Assembly: GCF_041913525.1 (NCBI RefSeq) | Contig: NZ_JAYSFD010000002.1 | Coordinates: 5,186 to 69,185, forward strand | Origin: Hydrogenophaga sp. | Lineage (GTDB): Bacteria; Pseudomonadota; Gammaproteobacteria; Burkholderiales; Burkholderiaceae_C | Length of the DNA stretch: 64,000 nucleotides | Reading direction: 5' to 3' | Shown here: one piece after another, positions 51,559 to 58,483 of the stretch | Position numbering within the stretch: the first letter of the stretch is position 1 | Layout: the number at the start of each line of letters is the position of its first letter | The notes under the pieces: model-generated | The model's input: only the letters and a program-made list of their open reading frames with translations | What the model was told of the DNA's origin: nothing | Database searches by the model: none | Made by a program: the position numbers and the translations under genes

Positions 51559-53001
51559 GTGTTTCTCCCAAGCATTCCCACGCCCTTGCTGAGCGCCATT
51601 CGCCGCTCGCTGGGTGCGCTGGCCGTGGCCAGCCTGTCGGCCACCGCCTTCGCCCAGGGCGCCGCCGTGCCCGCCGCCCCGGCCAAGGCCCAGTTGTGCG
51701 CCAGTTGCCACGACGGTGGCGTGAAGATGGGCACGCCGCCCGTGAACGTGCCCAAGCTGGTGCGCCAGCAGTCCGACTACATCCACACCGCGCTGCACCA
51801 GTTCCGCAGCGGCCAGCGCAAGAACGAGACCATGCAGGCCATCGCGGCCGGCCTGAGCGACCAGGACATCCGCGAACTGGCCGACCACTTCGGCGGCGTG
51901 CGCCCCCTGCCGGTGCGCATGCCCGAGGGCATGGTGATGCCCAAGGTGGTCAAGCAGGTGTGCGAGAACTGCCACGGCATGACCGGCGTGGCCTCGCTGC
52001 CCGAGACGCCCATCATCGGTGGCCAGCACCGCGACTTCCTGCGCGTCACGCTGGAGAACTTCCGCAATGGCCAGCGCCACAGCACGGTGATGAGCCCCAT
52101 CGCCCAGATGCTGAGCGACGAAGACATCCGCGTGGTGGCCGAGTACTACGAGACGGTGCACAACTACTTCGTGCCGCCCACGGCCAAGGAAATCGAGCAG
52201 GCCGCCCAGTCGAACCTGGCCGTCTCGGGCCCGGTGACGCTGGTGAAGCACCAGCCGACCAAGCCCCAGAGCGCGGCCGAGCAGAAGAAGGCCGCCCTGG
52301 CCATTGCCGCCTCGCTGGAGATGGTGACCCTGCCGGCCGGCAACTTCCTGATGGGCAGCCCCGCCGACGAGGGCGACGCCCCCGGCCTGCCGCGCCATAC
52401 GGTGACGCTCAAGTCCTTCAAGATGGCCAAGAACATGGTCACCTTTGACCAGTTCGACGCCTACTCTAAGGCCACCGGCCGGGCCCTGGTGAACGACGGC
52501 GGCATGAAGCGCGGCAACTACCCGGTGATCAACATCACCATGGGCGAGTCGCAGGCCTTCATCGACTGGCTCAACCGCCACACCGGCCGCCGCTTCAAGG
52601 TGCCCAGCGAGTCCGAGTGGGAATACGCCGCCCGCGCCGGCACCACCACGCACTACTGGTGGGGCGACAAGGTGGACTTCGGCAAGTACAACTCCTTCCG
52701 CAACGAAGGCGCCGACATCTGGCCCACCACCTCGCCCGTGGGCGCCTTCCCGCCCAACCCCTGGGGCCTGCACGACATGACCGGCAATGTGTTCCAGCGC
52801 GTCTCCGATTGCCGCCGCCCCACCTACGACGGCAAGCCCACCGATGGCAGCCCGGTGGTGGGCGAGCCCTGCCTGCTCAAGACCATGCGCGGTGGCTCGT
52901 GGCGCAACCTCAGCGGTGCCGCCCGCCACGCCACCCGCAGCGGCGTGACCGACGAGCTGATCAGCACCTCCATCGGCCTGCGCGTGGCCGAAGACCTCTG
53001 A
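51559..53001 (+). CDS. Fusion protein: diheme cytochrome c4-like N-terminus + FGE-sulfatase (SUMF1/EgtB/PvdO) domain
   Basis: Probable GTG start at 51559 after AAGAGG (ATG 51502 is an alternative). Signal peptide. CASCH and CENCH heme motifs with c4-type spacing. FGE motifs SESEWEYAARAG, NPWGLHDMTGNVFQ and MRGGSW. Confidence 0.85.
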   Translation: MFLPSIPTPLLSAIRRSLGALAVASLSATAFAQGAAVPAAPAKAQLCASCHDGGVKMGTPPVNVPKLVRQQSDYIHTALHQFRSGQRKNETMQAIAAGLSDQDIRELADHFGGVRPLPVRMPEGMVMPKVVKQVCENCHGMTGVASLPETPIIGGQHRDFLRVTLENFRNGQRHSTVMSPIAQMLSDEDIRVVAEYYETVHNYFVPPTAKEIEQAAQSNLAVSGPVTLVKHQPTKPQSAAEQKKAALAIAASLEMVTLPAGNFLMGSPADEGDAPGLPRHTVTLKSFKMAKNMVTFDQFDAYSKATGRALVNDGGMKRGNYPVINITMGESQAFIDWLNRHTGRRFKVPSESEWEYAARAGTTTHYWWGDKVDFGKYNSFRNEGADIWPTTSPVGAFPPNPWGLHDMTGNVFQRVSDCRRPTYDGKPTDGSPVVGEPCLLKTMRGGSWRNLSGAARHATRSGVTDELISTSIGLRVAEDL

Positions 53002-53008
53002 TCGACCC

Positions 53009-53037
53009 GCCAGCCGCCCCGCGCACGGGCGGCTGGC
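53009..53037. terminator. Perfect 11-bp-stem hairpin between convergent genes
   Basis: GCCAGCCGCCC-cgcgcac-GGGCGGCTGGC, with no T-run. Confidence 0.55.
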
Positions 53038-53046
53038 CCGGCGACA

Positions 53047-53907
53047 TCAGGCGCCGTAGTACCCCACGGCCAGCACGAGCTGGCCCACCCGCTGCACGAA
53101 GGTGGTCTTGGGCTCCTTGTGCCGGGTGACCGGGTTGAGCCACACGTAGCGCGTCTCCACCACCTCACCCACCTTCGCGCGGCGCACCATTTCGCGGCCG
53201 ATGAAGTGGCGGTTGGCGTCTTTCAAGTACGTCACGTTGCGGCCCACCAGGCGCGGCTGCGTGCCGTGGGCGTGCATCACCATGTCGTTGGCGCCGATGG
53301 CGAACACGTACAGGTCGTCTTGCACGAAAGCGCCGTTCACGTCGTTGAACTCGGCCAGCACCGCCGGCCCGCGCTGCTCCAGTGCCTTCACCGCGCGCGC
53401 TAGCCAGGCCCGCGCCTCGGTGGCGGTGGCCCGATCGATCATCTGGCTCACCACGATCACCGCCTCGCCCACGCGGCGGAAGTGCACCGTCTTGGTCTCG
53501 TCCTGGCCGGTGCGGCGGTTGGTCCAGCGGTAGTTCAGGCTGGTGGGGGCATCGGCCCGCGCCCGCTCCAGAACGGTGGCGATGTAGGCGCCGCCCTCGC
53601 GGTCGCGGTGCCCGCGCACGTCTTGCCCGATGAACACCTCGGACGGCCCGCCACTGGCCTTGAGCACCCCATCGGCGCCCAGCACATAGACGTACAGCCC
53701 GGCCTCGTCAAAGGCCCCGCCGCGCTGGAAGGCGGGCAAGGCGGCGTCGCCCCGGCGCTGGTAGAGCGCGGCGGCCCGCGCCAGCAGATCCAGTGCGCGG
53801 GCGTTGTCACTGGCCGCAAAGGCTGGGCCGGCAGCGAGCGCTGGCATGGCCAGCAGCGAACAAGACAAAAAACGGCGACGATCGGCAGAAAAGGGGGTAG
53901 GCATCAC
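53047..53907 (-). CDS. Tat-exported protein made of two single-Cache (sCache_2-like) domains, no output domain
   Basis: 286 aa. Signal SADRRRFLSCSLLAMPALAAGPAFA. Two repeats follow the pattern LYVxxxGADG...H...G... and end in ...V(V/A)VG(S/Y). Confidence 0.75.
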   Translation of the reverse strand: MMPTPFSADRRRFLSCSLLAMPALAAGPAFAASDNARALDLLARAAALYQRRGDAALPAFQRGGAFDEAGLYVYVLGADGVLKASGGPSEVFIGQDVRGHRDREGGAYIATVLERARADAPTSLNYRWTNRRTGQDETKTVHFRRVGEAVIVVSQMIDRATATEARAWLARAVKALEQRGPAVLAEFNDVNGAFVQDDLYVFAIGANDMVMHAHGTQPRLVGRNVTYLKDANRHFIGREMVRRAKVGEVVETRYVWLNPVTRHKEPKTTFVQRVGQLVLAVGYYGA

Positions 53908-53942
53908 ACGGCTCCAAGGCGATTGCGGTCGTAGAATGCTAC

Positions 53943-53959
53943 AACATTGCTAGGCAATG
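53943..53959. promoter_or_regulatory. TTGCCTAGCAA family, site d: perfect 17-bp palindrome ACATTGC-TAG-GCAATGT
   Basis: Located in the 132-bp divergent region, 40 nt from the Cache gene start and 83 nt from the DUF1993 start. Confidence 0.65.
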
Positions 53960-54039
53960 TATAAGGCTTAACCAACCCGACCCTGACGGTGGCGCTGGCA
54001 AAGGCGCGCCCACGGGCCGTTTTTTGATGGAGACAAACC

Positions 54040-54561
54040 ATGTCCTTTTCCTTGTATGACGCCACCGTACCCGCCTGGCGCCAGACCCTGCGCGCGGTGA
54101 TGGGCTACCTCGACAAGGCCCAGGCCCATTGCGACGCGCAAGGCGTGGCGCCGGCCACGCTGATCGAGGCGCGCCTGATCGACGACATGTTCCCGCTGGG
54201 CTTCCAGATCAACTCGGTGTGCGTGCACTCGCTGGGCGCCATCGAGGGCGTGCGCCGTGGCACCTTCTCGCCCGATCGCTCGCCCTGGCCGGCCGACTTT
54301 GCCGGCCTGCGCGCCAAGGTGCAGGCCACGCTGGAGGCGATCGAGCGCCTGCAGCCCGACGACGTGAACGGCCTCATGGGCCGCGACGTCACCTTCCAGC
54401 GCGGCGAGGTGGCCGTGCCCTTCGTGGCCGAGAACTTCCTGCTGTCGTTCTCGCTGCCCAACTTCTATTTCCACGCCGCCACGGGCTACGACATCCTGCG
54501 CTCGCGCGGCGTGCCGCTGGGCAAGGTGGACTACCTAGGCGCCGTGCGCAAAAAGGCCTGA
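54040..54561 (+). CDS. DUF1993-family protein
   Basis: 173 aa. MSFSLYDATVPAWRQTLRAVMGYLDKA and FYFHAATGYDILR are typical of DUF1993. Confidence 0.85.
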   Translation: MSFSLYDATVPAWRQTLRAVMGYLDKAQAHCDAQGVAPATLIEARLIDDMFPLGFQINSVCVHSLGAIEGVRRGTFSPDRSPWPADFAGLRAKVQATLEAIERLQPDDVNGLMGRDVTFQRGEVAVPFVAENFLLSFSLPNFYFHAATGYDILRSRGVPLGKVDYLGAVRKKA

Positions 54562-54580
54562 AGCCGGTGCGCCCCGGGCC

Positions 54581-54928
54581 TCACTGGCCCGAGTGGTTGG
54601 CCGCCACGAAGTTGCCCTGCGGCGTGAAGAACAGGAACAGGCGCCGCTTGGCCGGGTCGCTGGCCTTGGGGTTGTCGTAAACCACGCGCCACTCCTCGCC
54701 CTTGGGCCCCGCGCCCAGCGTCACGCTGGGCGGCGCCACCGCCTGCCAGGACGCCTCCAGCTTGCCCGCCTGCAGCAGCGAGGCCTTGCGCTCATCGGCG
54801 CAAGCGGTCACGGTGGTGGCGCTGGCCACAGTCTTGCCGTGGAAATGGCAATTGCCGGTGTGCGCCAGGGCGGCCTGGCCACCCAGGGCCAGGGCGAGAG
54901 ACAGCAGAAGACGGGGCAGGGCGGTCAT
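54581..54928 (-). CDS. Small secreted protein, predicted mature N-terminus HTGNCHFHGK
   Basis: Start at ATG 54928 (MTALPRLLLSLALALGGQAALA|HTGN). 115 aa, 20 nt downstream of hupE-like. Confidence 0.7.
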   Translation of the reverse strand: MTALPRLLLSLALALGGQAALAHTGNCHFHGKTVASATTVTACADERKASLLQAGKLEASWQAVAPPSVTLGAGPKGEEWRVVYDNPKASDPAKRRLFLFFTPQGNFVAANHSGQ

Positions 54929-54948
54929 GGGCGTGCTTCCAGATGGCA

Positions 54949-55731
54949 TCAGAGGCTGTTGCGCGAGGCGTCGGTGGTGTTCTCGATTTCCATGTCTTCG
55001 TGCACGTGCCGGTGCTCGGCCTCGGGGAAGCGGAAATCGTCGGCGTAAAGATCGTGCTGCAGGCCGTGCAGTTGCACGAACAGCAGGTAGACACCGGCCA
55101 GCACCAGGCCCATGTTGGCCAGGCGGCTGAAGCGCGCGAATGAGGGGCGGTGGCGCCACAAGGCCAGGCCCGCCACCATGGCCGCCAGGGCCACGATCTG
55201 CCCCAGCTCCACGCCCAGGTTGAAGCTCAGGATGCGGCCCACGATGCCGGCGGTGTCGTCGCCCAGCGGCAATTGCTGCAGCCGCGTGGACAGGCCAAAG
55301 CCATGCAGCAGGCCAAAGCCGAACACCGCCCACAGAATGGGCGGCGGCGTCAGGTCCAGGTGTTTCTGGAAGCCGCCGTTGTTGTCAAAACCCTTGTAGA
55401 TCACGCTGATGGCGATCAGCGCGTCCACCAGGTAGTAGTTCCAGGTGATCTGCAACAGCGTGGCGCCCACCAGGGTGATGCAGTGGCCCAGGGTGAACAC
55501 GGTGACCAGGCGCACCACGTCCATGAAGCGGTGCAGCAGAAACACCACGCCCAGCAGGAACAGCAGGTGGTCGTACCCGGTGAGCATGTGGCGCGCGCCC
55601 AGTTCCACGTACTGCAGGTAGCCGCCGTCGAGCATGCGCTGCTTGTCGGCCTGGGAAATGCCATGGGCCCAGGCCAGGGCGGGGCAGAGCAGGGCGGCCA
55701 GCGTGGCCGAGAACGATCGCCATCGGGTCAT
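54949..55731 (-). CDS. HupE/UreJ-family metal (Ni/Co-type) permease
   Basis: Start at ATG 55731 (MTRWRSFSATLAALLCPALAWA|HGIS). GYDHLLFLLG motif. About 6 TM. Confidence 0.85.
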   Translation of the reverse strand: MTRWRSFSATLAALLCPALAWAHGISQADKQRMLDGGYLQYVELGARHMLTGYDHLLFLLGVVFLLHRFMDVVRLVTVFTLGHCITLVGATLLQITWNYYLVDALIAISVIYKGFDNNGGFQKHLDLTPPPILWAVFGFGLLHGFGLSTRLQQLPLGDDTAGIVGRILSFNLGVELGQIVALAAMVAGLALWRHRPSFARFSRLANMGLVLAGVYLLFVQLHGLQHDLYADDFRFPEAEHRHVHEDMEIENTTDASRNSL

Positions 55732-55793
55732 CGGGTTTGTCTCCTGTGCGCTTGGCTGGCGTGGCGTTGTGTAGCCATGCATGCCAATCTATT

Positions 55794-55804
55794 TTGACTA
55801 GCAA
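55794..55804. promoter_or_regulatory. TTGCCTAGCAA-like site f (TTGACTAGCAA)
   Basis: One mismatch, 63 nt upstream of the hupE-like start. Confidence 0.5.
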
Positions 55805-55867
55805 AGGAGGAAGTTTATACCCCGGATCGGCCCCATTGACCGGTCTGCGCCAAGGCCCGCAAGGGCC

Positions 55868-57157
55868 TCAGTGCACCCGCGCCAGCTCGGTGCGCACCTC
55901 GTCGTCGCTGAGCTGGTGAAAGTCCCGGTAGTGCAGGCCGATGGCCTCAAAGGGCTCGGGGGTGGCCAGGCAAACGATGCGGTCCACCTGAGGGCGCAAG
56001 GCGGCCAGCGTGTCGGCCGGGGCCACGGGCACGGCCAGCACCAGCCGGGCCGGGTGGCGCCGGCGCAGTGCCATGAGGGCCGCGCGCAAGGTGGTGCCGG
56101 TGGCAATGCCGTCGTCCACCACCACCACGGTGGCGCCCGTCAGGCTGCGGGGCGAGCGGCCCGCCAGGTACACCTGCCGCCGCCGCGCGATTTCGCGCAC
56201 CGCTTCCTGCAGACCGTGTTGCAAATGGGCGGGGTCCACGCCGGTGGCCTCTTCGTTCACCACCAGATCGGGGGGCTCGCCTTCCACCACCGCCGCGGCG
56301 GCGAACTCGGGGTTCCAGGGCGCGCCGATCTTGCGCACCAGCAGCAGGTCCAGCGGGGCGTGCAGGGCCAGCGCCACCTCGGCGGCCACCGGCACGCCGC
56401 CGCGCGGCAAGGCCAGCACCACCACAGGCGTGGGCAGCACCAGGGCCCGCAGGCGCTCACCCAGCAAGCGGCCGGCGCTGTGCCGGTCGTGCAAGGGCAG
56501 GGCGACCCGGTCCTCGTGGCGCGGCCACCGATCGGAGAACCAGCGGGCGGCCAGATCGGCGGCTTGCTCCAGGGTGCCGGGCTCCTCGAACAAATGGCTG
56601 GCCCCTGGCACCACGGCCAGGTGGCCGTGGGTGCCCAGGGCCTGCAGCGCCTGGCGGTTGAGCGCAAGCACCTCGTGGTCGTCGCCGCCCACGATCAGCA
56701 GGGTGGGGGCCTGCACGTGCAGCAATTGCCGCCCCGCCAGGTCAGGGCGGCCGCCGCGCGACACCACCGCCGTGACCCGCTCCCGGTGCTGCCCCGCGGC
56801 CACCAAGGCCGCCGCCGCGCCGGTGCTGGCGCCAAACAGGCCCATGGGCAGGCGGCGCAGCTCGGTGCGGGCGTCGCACCAGGCCATGGCCTCGCCCAGC
56901 CGACGCCCAAGCAAGGGAATGTCGAACACCCGTTCGCGGTCTTGCGATTCCTCGGGCGTAAGCAAGTCAAACAACAAGGTGGCCAGCCCCTCGCGCTGCA
57001 AGCGCTGCGCCACGAACTGGTTGCGCGGGCTCAGGCGGCTGCTGCCGCTGCCGTGGGCGAACACCACCAGACCCCGGGCCTGCGGCGGCACGATCAGCGT
57101 GCCCGGCAACTGCAGCGGACCGATGCTCACGGACTCGGGGGCGTGCGGGTGGGTCAT
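55868..57157 (-). CDS. Fusion: dienelactone-hydrolase-like alpha/beta hydrolase + phosphoribosyltransferase domain
   Basis: Start at ATG 57157 (MTHPHAPESV). VVFAHGSGSSR and GASTGA nucleophile region. The C-terminal half carries the PRT motif VVVVDDGIATGTT. Confidence 0.85.
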   Translation of the reverse strand: MTHPHAPESVSIGPLQLPGTLIVPPQARGLVVFAHGSGSSRLSPRNQFVAQRLQREGLATLLFDLLTPEESQDRERVFDIPLLGRRLGEAMAWCDARTELRRLPMGLFGASTGAAAALVAAGQHRERVTAVVSRGGRPDLAGRQLLHVQAPTLLIVGGDDHEVLALNRQALQALGTHGHLAVVPGASHLFEEPGTLEQAADLAARWFSDRWPRHEDRVALPLHDRHSAGRLLGERLRALVLPTPVVVLALPRGGVPVAAEVALALHAPLDLLLVRKIGAPWNPEFAAAAVVEGEPPDLVVNEEATGVDPAHLQHGLQEAVREIARRRQVYLAGRSPRSLTGATVVVVDDGIATGTTLRAALMALRRRHPARLVLAVPVAPADTLAALRPQVDRIVCLATPEPFEAIGLHYRDFHQLSDDEVRTELARVH

Positions 57158-57286
57158 GGCGGCAAAGGGGCAAATGCAAGCCATTGTGGGGAGGGGCGCC
57201 GGGCCTGCATTGAGCGAACGCAACGCCGCCGCCAATGGGCCAGGCGCTAGGATGGCCGCTTACCCGATGTTCAGGAGAGGCCATTC

Positions 57287-57736
57287 ATGAGCGAAAGCAC
57301 CGTCACCATCGAGCTGCGCCAGCAGCAGGACTACCGCTTCGATATCCATTTTTCGCCCGATCTGCCGGTGCTGGTGGGCGACGAACCGCCGCCCCTGGGC
57401 AGTGGGCAGGGGCCGTCGCCGGTGCAACTGCTGTGCGCGGCCGTGGGCAATTGCCTGAGCGATTCGCTGCTGTTTGCCCTGCGCAAGTTCAAACAGGCGC
57501 CGGAGCCCTTGCGCTGCGTGGTGCGCGCCGAGGTGGGGCGAAACGCCGAGAACCGCCTGCGGGTGCTGCGCATGGACGCCGATCTGCACCTGGGCGTGCC
57601 CGCCGCGGCCCTGGAGCACCTGGACCGGGTGCTGGCTAGCTTCGAAGCCTATTGCACCGTGACACAGAGCGTGGGCCAGGGCATCGCCATCCACACCCGG
57701 GTGTGGGATGCTACTGGCCGGGTGCTTAAGGGGTGA
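57287..57736 (+). CDS. OsmC/Ohr-family protein
   Basis: 149 aa with two conserved Cys contexts (LLCAAVGNCL and FEAYCTVTQS). Confidence 0.85.
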   Translation: MSESTVTIELRQQQDYRFDIHFSPDLPVLVGDEPPPLGSGQGPSPVQLLCAAVGNCLSDSLLFALRKFKQAPEPLRCVVRAEVGRNAENRLRVLRMDADLHLGVPAAALEHLDRVLASFEAYCTVTQSVGQGIAIHTRVWDATGRVLKG

Positions 57737-57882
57737 TGCAGCGCTACCACGGGTCTGTCACCCGTGCGGGGCTGATTTCACGGTTTTTGACATGGCGCAA
57801 GCCCTTGCAGAGCCTGGCCCGGCACGGTGCTGGGGTAAGCGTTACAGTTTGCCTTTCTCTTTTTAGTGGTTCTGGGAGTGTC

Positions 57883-58272
57883 ATGTCGTGCCGCGTGATG
57901 ATGGTTGATGACAACGACAACGATTTGTTGTTCACCCGCCTCATGCTCCAGCGCAGCGGCGTCAATTACGATGCGATGCCCTTTTTGCGGGCTGAGCAAG
58001 CGCTGCATCACCTGAGTGAAACCCCCAACCACGGGGTTTCGCTGATCTTGCTGGACATCAATATGCCCGTGATGAACGGCTTTGCCTTTCTCACCGCTTT
58101 TGAGCAGTTGCCGCCGGCCCAGCGAGAGGGCGTGAGTGTTTTGCTGCTCACTTCGTCGTCTGATCCTGCCGATCAGACACAAGCCGCGCAATTCAGTTGC
58201 GTCAAGGGCTATCTCACCAAGCCCCTGGACAAAGCCACCGCCAAGGGCCTGGTCCGATACTTGGACTCGTGA
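57883..58272 (+). CDS. Stand-alone CheY-like response-regulator receiver
   Basis: Start at ATG 57883 (MSCRVMMVDDNDND). Phospho-Asp context LILLDINMP, and LTKP near the C-terminus. Lies in lower-GC local DNA. Confidence 0.88.
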   Translation: MSCRVMMVDDNDNDLLFTRLMLQRSGVNYDAMPFLRAEQALHHLSETPNHGVSLILLDINMPVMNGFAFLTAFEQLPPAQREGVSVLLLTSSSDPADQTQAAQFSCVKGYLTKPLDKATAKGLVRYLDS

Positions 58273-58483
58273 GGCGATTTCAAAGGCCCTTGCGATCTGC
58301 GCGCCTCCCCGAATTAAGGGGCGTCAGCCCCTTTCTTCTCTGCTTGCCTCGGCACAGGCGCTGCTAGCATGCCCCGGGTAAAGCGATCGCCTGCCACTGG
58401 CGCGGGCGCGCGTGTCGACGGACCTGCGGGGTCCGAGGGGATCACGATTGAAATTTGGACTCGATTCGCCTCGCCGGCTGGCG

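Noticed and set aside
58364-58371. TGCTAGCA palindrome upstream of the hybrid kinase, considered as a further member of the TTGCCTAGCAA family.
   Set aside because: The spacing differs (TGC-TA-GCA versus TTGC-CTA-GCAA) and the flanks do not match. I noted it in the kinase finding but did not count it as a site.
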